Shown here in pieces: positions 1 to 12,272 of a stretch of DNA of 64,000 bases. The notes beneath the pieces are model-generated. The model saw nothing but the letters and a program-made list of their open reading frames with translations, was not told where the DNA came from and made no database searches. Within the stretch, counting starts at the first letter, position 1, and each line of letters opens with the position of its first letter. The position numbers and the translations under genes are program-made. The stretch is from Octopus vulgaris (taxonomy: Eukaryota): contig OX597820.1 in NCBI GenBank assembly GCA_951406725.2, positions 94,364,001 through 94,428,000 of the forward strand, read 5' to 3'.

Positions 1-806
1 TATGTATGTATGTATGTATGTATGTGTGTATGTATGTATCTATGTATGTATGTATGTATGTATGTATGTATGTATGTATGTATGTATGTATGTATTTGTG
101 TGTGTGTGTTTTGTAATATGTACGTATTTATAAGTATTGCTATTACTCTCCTGAAGACTTGAGTATCACAAAATTCCACTTTTTCAACGCAATAATAATA
201 ATCTTTTCCACTCTAGGCACAAGGCCCAAAATTTTTGGAGAGGCGGCCAGTAGATTAGATCGACTCCAATACGCAACTGATACCTATTTAATCGATCCCG
301 AAAGGGTTAATAAAATAAAGAACCTGTCAAGTATTGGGATCAATATAATCGAATGTTGCCTTCAGCATTGTGCTTATATAAGAATTCCTCATTAAGGGCT
401 GTGATTTGGCAGAATATTTATATTACGGAGCAAGTTGCATTGCGGTATTTGTCCTGGTCCCGTATGTTCTGAGTTCAAATCCCGCCTTCAGTCCTTTTGA
501 AGTCGATAGTATTGGTTTGATTTAAGTTCTACCGTACCATTCCCGTTTGAGAATAAAATTGGGTAGACGGAAAGGTTGCTGTCTGTTGGATGGATTTCAC
601 CTGTATATCAACAGGTACAACCTTGTTACACATGGCGTGTCACACATATTCTACTTGAGATTTACATTAAGGGTACAGTACAGGTGTCTACGGAATACTC
701 AGCCTTCTACACGCTAATTCAATGATCAAGAAAGTTAATCACTCGAACAATTGAATCCTAATCGTCGAAACCAGAGACGATTCAACCATCTGTGTGTGAG
801 TGTGTG

Positions 807-838
<32 letters not shown>

Positions 839-846
839 TGCGTGTG

Positions 847-941
<95 letters not shown>

Positions 942-1152
942 TTTCGATTACCGGCTCTGGCTGTGCTTTGAGTTCTTGAACAAAAACACTTCGTTTCCAC
1001 ATTGCTCCCAGTCCCCTCAGCCACAAATAAATAACCCTTTCGGGTGGTTATTATCCTGTTCAGGGGAATGTTGTGATCTCGGTAGCTTATATGCCGTGGA
1101 AACATTACTGCTTCAAGTCCTACGAGTTCTAACACTTGAAACAGTAATGTTC

Positions 1153-1239
<87 letters not shown>

Positions 1240-1644
1240 TAACACATATAGAGAGAGATAATGTTGCAAACAAACAAATGAAACTGCTCGAGCTAGATAT
1301 ACAAAATATAAATACATATATACATGTAAAAGTGTACATGAGATGGGTATCTATCTTGTTAGATACCCATCTCTGCCCCCCTAAAAAACGGAGACCGGAT
1401 CTACCTAATGTTTATATGCTTCCACAACTAGTTGCATATCCTCGAGTTTTTGCTAACTACATCTGACTATATATATTATGAAGAGATTCCGAGCCCACAG
1501 AAACAGTTGTAAGAGCTTTACCCTTAAATTTTCTGCGTTTATACTGTGTAAGTTTGCTCAGTTAGTATATGAATATCTATATATCTGTACAGGGATACTC
1601 ATCATCTGAATATTTTCGGTCACGTTTTTCACTTTATACATATA

Positions 1645-2044
1645 CTAGCAGTATCGCCCGGCGTTGCTCGGGTTTGTAAGGGAAATAACTATATAAGCAT
1701 TTTTATTTAGAGATGTAAAGTATAATAGCCATCTCAATATGGCTAACCACAAAGGGGGGGGGTTACTGTAGCTTTTACGTTCTGAGATTTAATAATACAT
1801 TTTTAGAGAGTTACTTCCCTTATATAATAGCAAAAAAATGCATTAAAAAATGGGAAAAAATTATGGTAAATTTTTTTTTAAATCATAGACTCATCGTAGA
1901 CGCGCACTAATACTCAGAAGGGCTCGATATGAATCATGACTATAAGATACCCGCTTTTGGTTACACTGCAACGCAAAATGTGGGAGCAGTTAGGAATCTA
2001 AATCGTAGGAGACAGACACACAACTTTAGTTTTATATATAAAGA
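1645..2044 (-). mobile_element. Non-autonomous Helitron, copy 1
   Basis: Minus strand starts TCTTTATATATAAAA and ends hairpin CCCGAGCAACGCCGGG + CGATACTG-CTAG followed by T. TC...CTAG ends with a subterminal hairpin are Helitron hallmarks. Confidence 0.8.
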
Positions 2045-2550
2045 CTAGCAGTATCGCCCGGCGTTGCTCGGGTTTGTAAGGGAAATAACTATATAAGCAT
2101 TTTTAGAGAGTTACTTCCCTTATAAATTCGGGCTTTCTTAGCCATTTTTGTTTTGGTGTCATCAAGCCATGAAGTCGTTGTTCTAAAAGAACGCTGGTCT
2201 CCTTCACAACGCATTACGACGTTGATTTCTTTACACTCCCTTCCCCACAGCTTCACGAGGGAGGGAAGGGGGAGAAGCAAACAGGTGCAGCTGTGAGCAT
2301 GGACGCCAACTCCGCCGCCATCGACATACGATGCATTTTATGCATTAAAATGGAATAAAAAATGATGTTAAATTATTTTTAAAATCGTAGACTCATCGTT
2401 GACGCGCGCTAATAGTCAGACGGGCTCGATATTAATCACGACTATAAGATACCCGAATTTGGTTAAACTGCACCGCAAAATGTGGGAGGAGTTAGGAATC
2501 TAAATCGAAGGGGACAGACACTCACACAACTAGAGTTTTATATATATAGA
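2045..2550 (-). mobile_element. Non-autonomous Helitron, copy 2 (head-to-tail with copy 1, different internal segment)
   Basis: Identical 3' end (+ strand CTAGCAGTATCGCCCGGCGTTGCTCGGG at 2045). 5' end is A|TCTATATATATAAAA on the minus strand. Confidence 0.8.
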
Positions 2551-3192
2551 TATATGTATGTTTGTATATTTTGCACATTTAGCCCCAGCGGCTTCACTTG
2601 TTTATTTGCATCTTTATGTCCATATCTGCTCACCTGCATTCCTCTTATATCCACTCTTTACCACGTGGATTTAATCATCGGTAAAGATTTCGGAGTGTAA
2701 GATCAAATCAAATGATTTCTATATTGAGCATCACTGGATCTTGTCTGTTGATTTTTTTCTCTCTATGTCTATATAAAAATATATATGTAAAACAGGACGG
2801 GTTTCTGCACAGGTATTTATCGAACAAAGGTTATGGTGGATGTCACTTGACCAAAGTGCCGCACAGAACAGTTGGTTCAAAACCTAAATCCTATGTAAAT
2901 GCCTTAATCACACACATGCATGCATTTGCATAAAGTAGTGTCTATTTACAGCTAGCAACTTTGAGGCGACGACAATTGAGAATGTCATGACAGTCGACTA
3001 ATCTCAATAGCAATATAACTCACCGTTAACCTTTGTAATTAGTTAATTGCCCTGTTGACATTTAGAACGTGTGACTGACACCGGACTGCACAGGCTACCG
3101 ATTGTCGAAAGTTCGAATATGTTAGGGTCGCATATGTGTGTGCGTGTGTATACCTATATATAATATAGGCAGAATTTATAATATAGGCAGAA

Positions 3193-3260
<68 letters not shown>

Positions 3261-3263
<3 letters not shown>

Positions 3264-3467
3264 TAATCCAAACAAGAAAGCACAAAAAAAAACACAACAA
3301 CGCGAGGACGTGGAACAAATATAGTATTATTGGACGCTCAGGAAAGAAGGAAAGGAGGGTTTAACGTTTCGAACGGAGCTCTTCATCGGAGTCATAAGAG
3401 AAGGAAAGATCCAGAGAAGGGAAGACAGAGGAAAAAAAAATATCCCCAACGGTACACACGAGGTCAC

Positions 3468-3469
<2 letters not shown>
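3261..3469 (-). mobile_element. Penelope-like pseudo-LTR (solo) with decayed minimal hammerhead
   Basis: Homologous to 17610-17819. Minus strand reads CCGATGAAGAGCTCCGTTCGAAACGTTAAAC. Flanked by (TA)n. Confidence 0.65.
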
Positions 3470-3501
<32 letters not shown>

Positions 3502-3699
3502 TTAACCAGCTAGAAGAGAAGTCCTCTTAGGGTTAAAAAATTGCAGTAAAGACTGTTCAAACGGAACAGCTATGTTGAAGTGGCTACGAAAGAGAAATTT
3601 TAGAACTAGCTTTTTAGCTTGTCGCAAAATCAGCGACTGTGTGTCGCTTGAATTTATATATATTACGTAGCAGCGACGAGCTGACTGCAATCTCTAACA

Positions 3700-3766
3700 G
3701 ACGAGGTGTTCCAGTACTGAAGAGAGGCAGAAATAGCCCGAAACCAGATTGTATGCTGTTCCTGTC
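3700..3766 (+). ncRNA. Type I hammerhead ribozyme
   Basis: Helix I CAGTA/TGCTG with distal GAC(G)AGG/CCTGTC. Core CTGAAGA at 3717-3723, helix II GGC/GCC, GAAA at 3740-3743, helix III AC/GT with loop CAGATT, cleavage triplet GTA at 3751-3753. Confidence 0.7.
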
Positions 3767-4169
3767 GCTAGAAGGTGGTAGGGGTTCGTTCCCCTGCTCA
3801 CAATATATCGGATGCAGTTGTGCATTGTTAACCAGATGGAAGAACAAGAAATTCCCGTGGTTGCCAGACTAGTTTACTTGTACCTTGCACAGTATAATGT
3901 CAACTTGTATCATTTACACCAAATGTGCAGGTGCCTGCATTTCATTTAATCATTTACGGAAATTTGATATTCGTTTAAATTTAGAGTGAAACCACCAATG
4001 ATTCGGAAAAGCCAGTAATTCGGAAAGGCTTTAGAACTAAAATTTCCGTAATATTGATGTTGACTCTCTCTCTCTCCTTTTCTCTCTTCCACTCTCTCTT
4101 TCTCTACGTCTCTGTATGTGAGTGTGCGTGTATGTCTGTGTGTATGTGTGTGTGTGTGTCTCCCCCCCC

Positions 4170-4216
<47 letters not shown>

Positions 4217-4242
4217 GGTTTGGAGGTGATGTACAGGTATTA

Positions 4243-4505
4243 TATAGTAAAAAAAATAAGGTACTCAGAGATCTGGATGGCTGTACATTTACAGATTTTT
4301 ATTACTATGTCACATGTTTTTATAAATTATATATATAATAGCGCTTGCATCTACTCTAGCAGATTCTTCAGATTTGAAGATCTGAAGAATCTACTAGAGT
4401 AGATGCAAGCGCTAATACATGATTTATAAAAACATATGACATATTAATAAAAATCTGTAAATGTACAACCATCCAGATCTCTGGGTACCTTATTTTTTCT
4501 AATAT
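4243..4505. repeat. About 260-bp fold-back palindrome (inverted pseudo-LTR pair) with hammerhead-like cores at its centre
   Basis: The two arms are reverse complements around a loop at about 4374-4379. Each arm reads CTGAAGA-ATCT(A/G)C-TAGA-GTAGAT-GCAA-GCGC-TA. Confidence 0.8.
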
Positions 4506-5633
4506 ATATATATATATATATATACGACGGGCTTCTTTCAGTTTCCGTCAACCAAATCCACTCACAAGGCTTTGGTCGGCTCGAGGCTATAATAGAAGAC
4601 ATCTGTCCAAGGTGCCATGTAGTGGGATTGAACTCTGAACCATGTGGTTGGGAAGCAAGCTTCTTACCGCACAGCCACCCACTCCTGCAACTATGTATGT
4701 ATATGCGCAGATTTGCATGCTTTGTTTTATGTATATATTCTCATGCATATAGATACATATCTAGATATACTCATATATACTTAAATGATTAACTTCTGGA
4801 AAGTTTTACAGACTTTTACAGTTCCAGTGATAAAGTGGATCTGTAGTCTTCGAATCAGGTTTCTCCTTTCTGGTTTTGAGAAGCCTAATTTCTCAAGGTT
4901 GGTATATAGGCAGTATGTTATGTATGTATGTATGTATGTATGTATGTATGTATGTATGTATGTATGTATGTATGTATGCATGCATGCATGCATGTATGTA
5001 TGTCCATTGAATCCACCAGTTGGCTTTAAGGACTAGATCTATTCTATTTTGTATGTAAGCCAAAAGTTTTCATCAACGGATTTTATTGGATTTATCTATT
5101 TTTGGTTTTTATGTTTCACTGATTGCCAGAAGAAAGTTTTTCCATTAATTGCTCGGATAATCTGTCGACCTGAGGTTTTCATACAGTACTGTACAGTACA
5201 GAACAGTACAGTGCAGTACAGTACAGCAGAGCACAGTACAGCACTGGCAGCCGATACTGGCTAGTATGATTAAAAAACATGTATCATGCTTTCGCTAACT
5301 GTCTTAGGTGCCTGTGTAGTCACGAGCAGACAAAGACACCCTTTCAGCACCCTCAGCAAATCCAGGTTACGACAGCTTGAGAGAAGGTGAGATGGATGCA
5401 CCAGTATCCAGATGCACCAGCATCCAATTACTGTTCTATTGATTGTCACAGAGTAAAATGAATATGTGAAATGTCTAACGTACTTGTATTTAGTATTCTG
5501 AATATATCTGCTTTCTCTGGTAGTTATGTAAACAATTCGTTCATAACAAATAGATGTAAGACACATGTTTATGAGGGCACACTTATTGTTGTAATCCGTT
5601 GGACAAAATGCTCGGTGACATTTTTTCCCGCTA

Positions 5634-5702
<69 letters not shown>

Positions 5703-5985
5703 GCGCGTGCGTGCGTTCACATGCTGCCGAGGTCATCTTTGCCTTTCATCTTTCGGGGATGATAAAATAAAGTACCAATCAAGGATTGCGGTCGATATAA
5801 TCGACTACCCCTTCCTCACTCGCTGGACTTGTGCCAGAATTTGAAACAACATTGTTGGAGTTCCAGGTCAGACCTAATTCAGTAAATTTATAATCAAAAT
5901 ATCTTCAGCTCGTGTTCATCCCTGCTTATCTTTTATGTAGTAAGATGGATAGTATAATTTGAGCGTACTTTGGTTGCTATTCTTA

Positions 5986-6583
5986 ATTCCTTATTGCCCA
6001 CAAAGGGCTAAACATAGAGGGGACAAACAAGGACAGAGAAAGGGATTAAGTAGATTACATCGATCCCAGTGCGTAACTGGTACTTAATTTATCGACCCCA
6101 AAAGGATGAAAGGTAAAGTCGACTTCGGCAGAATTTGAACTCAGAACGTTAAAGACAGACGAAATACTTATTTCTTTACTACCCACAAGGGGCTACATAC
6201 AGAGGGGACAAACAAGGACAGACAAACGGATTAAGTCGATCATATCGACCCCAGTGCGTAACTGGTGCTTAATTTATCGACCCCGAAAGGATGAAAGGCA
6301 AAGTCGACCTCGGCGGAATTTGAACTCAGAACGTAACGGCAGACAAAATACCTATTTCTTAAATCCCCACAAGGGGCTAAACATAGAGGGGACAAACAAG
6401 GACAGACAAACGGATTAAGTCGATTACATCGACCCCAGTGCGTAACTGGTACTTAATTTATCGGCCCCGAAAGTATGAAAGGCAAAGTCGACATCGGCGG
6501 AATTTGAACTCAGAACGTAACGGCAGACAAAATACGGCTACGCATTTCGCCCGGCGTGCTAACGTTTCTGCCAGTTCGCCGCC
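5986..6583 (-). mobile_element. Tandem trimer of SINE family B (tRNA-like head plus Nin/Deu-like core GCCTTTCATCCTTTCGGGGTCGATAAATTAAGTACCAG)
   Basis: Three units of about 185 bp with the head present once. Flanked by the direct repeat ACTTTGGTTGCTATTCTTA (5967-5985 and 6595-6613). Confidence 0.8.
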
Positions 6584-6915
6584 TTTTTTTAGCAACTTTG
6601 GTTGCTATTCTTACCAAACAGAGTGATTTCGGAGGGGCTCGTGATTGACTTAATGTTGTTATGTAGCGCGAAGTCAATCATGATCGAGCAGACTTATGGC
6701 GACAAGCGATCAAGCTTGTCCATCCCGCCTCTTTAGGATCTAGTGTAATTTGAAAGATATTCAGTTGTTATTTGAAGCAGATCGAGCGATTAAATATTTA
6801 TTTCATTGCTGCTGGCAGTGGCAATCTGACACTGGCAATCAAACAGATTTAAACAGAATTATTCCCCTTGATTTCAAGAAAGTTATGTCCCATCTTAAAG
6901 CATCACATTCTCTTT

Positions 6916-7288
6916 CTCTTTTTACTCTTTTACTTGTTTCAGTCATTTTGACTGCGGCCATGCTGGAGCACCGCTTTTAGTCGAGCAAATCGACCCCGGG
7001 ACTTATTCTTTGTAAGCCCAGTACTTATTCTATCGGTCACTTTTGCCGAACCGCTAAGTGATGGGGACGTAAACACACCAGCATCGGTTGTCAAGCAATG
7101 CTAGGGGGACAAACACAGACACACAAACACACACATACACATATATATATATATACATATATACGACAGGCTTCTTTCAGTTTCCGGTTGGCCCGGGGCT
7201 GTAGCAGAAGACACTTGCCCCAGTGGGACTGAACCCGGAACCATGTGGTTGGTTAGCAAGCTACTTACCACACAGCCACTCCTGCGCC
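6916..7288 (-). mobile_element. SINE family A (tRNA-derived head GGCGCAGGAGTGGCTGTGTGGTAAG, internal microsatellite, LINE-derived tail with (GTAAAAGA)n)
   Basis: Near-identical to the copies at 8292, 16688, 22011, 24037 and 56486. A-box and B-box-like motifs (GGTTCAGTCCC). Confidence 0.85.
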
Positions 7289-8188
7289 TATCGGAAATAT
7301 AGTTTTGATTTTTCTTTCTCTTCCTGAAATACGTCCATTAGCTAAATTATTTTTGTAGTTAGTGAATTGCTCCAACGTCATGCGAAATTTAGAATGTTGC
7401 CTGTGGTTCTTCTGACTTTTGGGTTGCAAATTGGCTCCATGGTTAAGAAATTCGTTTAACAGCGGGACATCTTGTCTTCTATCAAAAGCTCGCAGATTGC
7501 TGTGACATTTAATAGACAGAAGCCTGAGTCGAAAATTGTCTGAATGAGTGTACCTCTTTCTTAAGGAAAGGATTAAATTAATCACCTGGTCGAATATCAT
7601 TACCTGTTTCTTCAGTGATTTTACTGCAATCTGAAAATAACTTCTTTCTTTTCTCCTGCCAGTCTGACATACTCTGCAGCGGGTCATGAAAACTGCATTT
7701 CCTTTTTGAGGGAGAGCGGGAGGGAGAGGAAAAGTGAGGGAGAGGAAAAGAGAAGGAGAGGAAAAGAGTGTGAGAGAGAGGGGAGAAAGTAAGAGTGGGA
7801 GAGCAAGAGTGAGAGAGAAAGTGGGAGTAAGAGAGATTAAGAAAGAGAAAGAGTGACAGAGAGACAGACAGACAGAGATAGAAAACGAAAGAGAATAAAA
7901 CACAAAATACAAAATCAAAAACAGGGATACATTCATAAGTCATACACAAACGTATTTTTTTATTATTTTACTTCTTTCTCTCATTCGACTGCGGCCATGC
8001 TGGTACATCACTTTGGAACGAAGTATAAGAGGGGTTCTAATGGGAACCGCACCCACACTTTCAGTTACATTAGCAGATGTGATACCATTATACCATCGCC
8101 TCGTAGTACACTATACATACATAATACATACATACATACATACATACATACATACATACATACATACACACACACATATAATATATAT

Positions 8189-9336
8189 GGGGGTGTTCGG
8201 GATAAATGTGACAGTTTGCACAAAAGGAAAAGAAAACAGTATTCCATCCAAAAATAAAACTATCTTAAAAATTTTTTTAACATTAACTATAGGCGTAGGA
8301 GTGGCTGTGTGGTAAGTAGCTTGCTTACCAACCACATGGTTCCGGGTTCAGTCCCACATACATATATATATATATATATACATATATACATACATATATA
8401 CATACATATATATATATATACATACATACATATATATATACATACATATATATAATATATGTGTGTGTGTGTCTCTGTGTGTGAGTGTGCGTGTGTTTGT
8501 GTGTCTGTGTTTGTCCCCCCAACATCACTTGACAACCAATGCTGGTGTGTTTACGTCCCCGTAACTTAATTGTTCGGCAAAAGACATCGATAGAATAAGT
8601 ACTAGGCTTACAAAGAATAAGTCCTGGGTTCGATTTGATCGACTAAAGGCGGTGCTCCAGCATGGTCACAGTCACATGACTGAAACAAGTAAAAGAGTAA
8701 AGGAGTAGTCTATTGCTGGGAGTTAACACTAAACTCAAACTAGCCAGCCTCTGCTTCCATCATGGCCTCAGGACAGCTCCGAGTCTTGGCACATGTCTTC
8801 CGCGCTGAACACCTCCTTGATCTTGGCCACCAACTTGGCATTGGTGTTGCAGGACAGAGTGGTTGGCGTTTATTCAACCGTACCCCACACATAGTAATCC
8901 ATTGGATTATAATCTGGGGATTAAGAGGACAAAAATTGGTACTGGTGATGTAGAAATTCCCCGACAACCAGTTCTGGCCTTTTCCGGAGATTTGGCAAGA
9001 AGCCGAATCCTGCTGCCACTCATATGGCCTTCCAGCAGCGATCCTCTGCACTCAGGGTTCGATCCCAATCACCAGCGGTTTCAGATGGCTGTCTGAATTG
9101 AGCACAAGGCCTTCTTTTAAAATGTGAAAATGAATTCTGGCATACATTTTGGCACCCGGCGCAAATCATCAGATGGTTTCCAGACCTTCATCTGAACTAA
9201 CCTTTTCACAACTACAACATGAATCTTTATACTCTCCAACACAGCTGACTGTTCATTAATACATTAAGCTGTTCCTGAAAAAAAATTTAAAAGACACGTA
9301 AAAAAAACCATCGTCAAATTTAACCCGAACACCCAG
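8189..9336 (-). mobile_element. Tc1/mariner (DD37D/maT-like) relic with both TIRs
   Basis: TIRs GGGTGTTCGGGATAAATGTGAC and GTCAAATTTAACCCGAACACCCAG-TA. Minus-strand peptide WQQDSA...QNWL..NF...P.NP..NP.DY. Confidence 0.75.
8292..8706 (+). mobile_element. SINE family A, nested in a Tc1/mariner element
   Basis: Head, microsatellite and tail match the family. Confidence 0.85.
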
Positions 9337-9641
9337 TATATATGCACATTAGATCAACATTGTTGAATGCGGAGTCATCAATATTGCTAAGTGTAAGCGT
9401 CGGTGCGGAATCGTCGGTGACTTTCTGGCCAGTTATATGCCATACCCAGTAATATATTGCTCGACAATATTAAAATATAACCATTCTGTTGCTCTTCTGT
9501 GTGCTTTTTTTTTTTTACATAAGGACAACTAGCAGATAATACAAACTACAAAGACACACACACACATTTTGTGTGTTTGCGTGTGTGTGTGTGTGTGTGT
9601 GTGCATGCATACATTTATGCATTTATATATGTATGCATATA

Positions 9642-9858
9642 TGTTTTAGCCTTCAAATGACGCCACCCCACTGGCTAAGCGAACAAAGAGTGAGAGAAAG
9701 TTGCGGCGAAAGAGTACAGCAGGGATTGCCACGACCCTCTGCCGGAGCCTGTTAGGTGTTTTCGCTCAATAAACACTCACAACGCCCGGTCTGGGAATCG
9801 AAACCACGATCCTACAACCGCGAGTCCGCTGCCCTAACCACTGGGCCATTGCGCCTCC
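9642..9858 (-). mobile_element. SINE family C (tRNA head GGAGGCGCAATGGCCCAGTGGTTAGGG), short-tail variant
   Basis: A box TGGCCCAGTGG, B-box-like GGTTTCGATTCCC. Homologous to 11301 and 55666. Confidence 0.8.
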
Positions 9859-9864
9859 GTATAT

Positions 9865-10044
<180 letters not shown>

Positions 10045-10223
10045 TAATAGTTATCGCCATACTAATATGGCAGTCTTATAAATATAAATGTCACTGATTA
10101 GCTCCATGAGGCCACTGCCTCAAGCTAGCTATTTGACACACAAACTGCGTCCATTATAAACCTTCGAGAGACTTAGTAATTTTAATATTTCTATTATATA
10201 TATATGTGTGTGTGTGTGTGTGT

Positions 10224-10750
10224 ATCTTTATATATATAAAACTGAGAATGTGTGTCTGTCTGTCTGTCTGTCTGTCTGTTTCCCTAATACTTGAGAACTA
10301 CACAACCAATTTCATTCAAATTTTACACGTGCCTTACTTAGGGTCCATGTAGTTTCATGGGCAAAAAAAATGTTCAACTTCTTGCCTAGAGCGAGCCCAT
10401 AGAAATAGCATATCTTCTCCACTATTTCAGTATTACATGTTAAAAGTGAAACAAAAACATTTCTCTCTATTATATGTCAGATACTTTCACTTTAACAATA
10501 AAAATAATAATAACAATTGAATTATATGTAGTAAGTAATAATTAAAATCAAACTAAAGTATAATATTATCGTAACATAACAAAAGTAAAAATATAGCAAT
10601 TGGTATAAAATTGCATCAATGACTTGGACTTGAATCAGTGGTTTCACATGAATGGGAATAAATAAAAAATAAAATTTAAGTGCAGAAATTGAATAGTCCA
10701 GATGGAGGTGTGCATGGCTTTTACATTAGATTATTTGCTAATTAGCTAGC
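10224..10750 (+). mobile_element. Helitron-like non-autonomous element (second family, 5' end clear)
   Basis: A|TCTTTATATATATAAAACTGAGAATGTGTG followed by (TCTG)n, the typical start of non-autonomous Helitrons. 3' end uncertain. Confidence 0.45.
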
Positions 10751-10760
10751 ATTAAGCATG

Positions 10761-10783
<23 letters not shown>

Positions 10784-10791
<8 letters not shown>

Positions 10792-11000
10792 AAATCCGTT
10801 CTGTCTGTCTGTCCGTGTGTCTTATAGGATCTCTGGCATCCTCCATCCAATTGCGCTCAAATTTGATATGTAGATACCAACGGTATCAGGGCGTATATAA
10901 ATCTTGAAAAAATTACAAAAATCGATTCCAGGTGAGAATGCGATCGATGAAGTGAATAAAATCGTTTTTCTTTGGAATAGAAAAAAAGTCTATCTTTATT
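10784..11000 (+). mobile_element. Helitron/Helentron-associated-like repeat (second copy at about 14988-15193)
   Basis: TATTATATAAAATCCGTTCTGTCTG...GGCATCCTCCATCC.ATTGC.CTCAAATTTGATATGTAGATACC is shared between the two loci. Confidence 0.5.
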
Positions 11001-11208
11001 TCTTCTTTTGCTGGTGTCTCAAATTTAGGTTAAATCAGTGTTTTTCAAAGGGGAGGCCTATGGGACGGTCGGACAAGTTGATTTGAGAAAATTTGGTTTA
11101 AATGTTTGACAACTCAACACCGTCCATTGGAGGGGGACGTTTTGCTCGTGCATATATATATATATATACAGTATACACACACGCACGCACACACACACAT
11201 ACGTGCGC

Positions 11209-11295
<87 letters not shown>

Positions 11296-11300
11296 CGGGT

Positions 11301-11569
11301 GGAGGCGCAATGGCCTAGTGTTTAGGGCACACGGTCGTAGGATCGTGGTTTCGATTCTCAGACCGGGTGTTGTGAGTGTTTATTGAAAGAAAACACCTAA
11401 AAAGCTCCACGACGCTTCGGCAGGGGCGATCCTTGCTGTACTCTTTCGCCGCAGCTTTCTTTTGTTGGCCTGCTTGCTTAGCCAGCGGGGTGGCGTCATT
11501 TGAAGGCTAAAACAATGCGAAGCACATTGTGACCAGCGATGCGTAGCAACATCTGATAACCTGGTCGGT

Positions 11570-11576
<7 letters not shown>
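11301..11576 (+). mobile_element. SINE family C, short-tail variant
   Basis: Same head and the GGGGTGGCGTCATTTGAAGGCTAAAACA tail as the 9642 copy. Confidence 0.8.
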
Positions 11577-11637
<61 letters not shown>

Positions 11638-12050
11638 GTTTTAGCATTAATATAAGTGGACTAACAAGAGAAGTGAGACAAATATTTTAATATCCGTCCC
11701 ATCTTGTCCTTTCGTTTCTCCATATCTCGCACCTCTCACCTCCTAACTATAACCTTCACACGCCTTTCTGCATTTGTTAACCCACCCTTGACCTTCCTCT
11801 CTCAGTTGATCGAGAATATCTTTAGTTGAGCATAGTTGAAGGCAAACGCATAACAACGGTCACTCAGTAAGCTAGAAATAGGTTCCTCTTCTTGCTGAAA
11901 TTAGGTAGCTGCCTTCTGTAAACGTGGAGGATACATTGTGATAAGCTGTCTAAAAGCAAGACAAGATGACCGTGAATAGGATACTTTTGATCATAGGTTT
12001 GTTTGATCAGAATTGGCCAAGGGTTAAACAACCATCAACTACAAAACTAG

Positions 12051-12272
12051 AACACAGAATAAACGCTGGCTGATCTAGATGTAAATATTCTAGTTAAGAA
12101 GCAGAACACAGACTAAACGTTGTTTAAGTAGATCTAAATATTTTGTTCAGAACCTGATGAACACGGAATTAAACTCTTGTTTACGTAGATATAAATATTC
12201 TGTTCAAAACATGTGAACACAGACCAAACCTAGTGAACACGGAATAAACTTTGGTTTACGTAGATGTAAGTA
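12051..12272. repeat. Degenerate minisatellite (about 55-bp unit GAACAC.GA.TAAAC...TAGAT.TAAATATT)
   Basis: About 4-5 diverged tandem units. Confidence 0.65.

Noticed and set aside
739-1339. ORFs rich in TH/VC/YI/YVCM repeats (here and throughout)
   Set aside because: Translations of (CA)n, (TA)n and (TATG)n microsatellites with no coding signal.
2960-3112. Possible long-helix-II hammerhead (GACAATTG/CGATTGTC-GAAAG)
   Set aside because: No recognisable CUGANGA and no helix I.
7265-7936. 223-aa ORF, the longest in the track
   Set aside because: The first third is a (GA)-rich microsatellite and the rest has no recognisable domain. At most a decayed retroelement remnant.
12051-12272. Repeat-spacer look, CRISPR-like
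   Set aside because: Whole units are homologous with no unique spacers, there are no cas genes, and the context is eukaryotic. It is a minisatellite.
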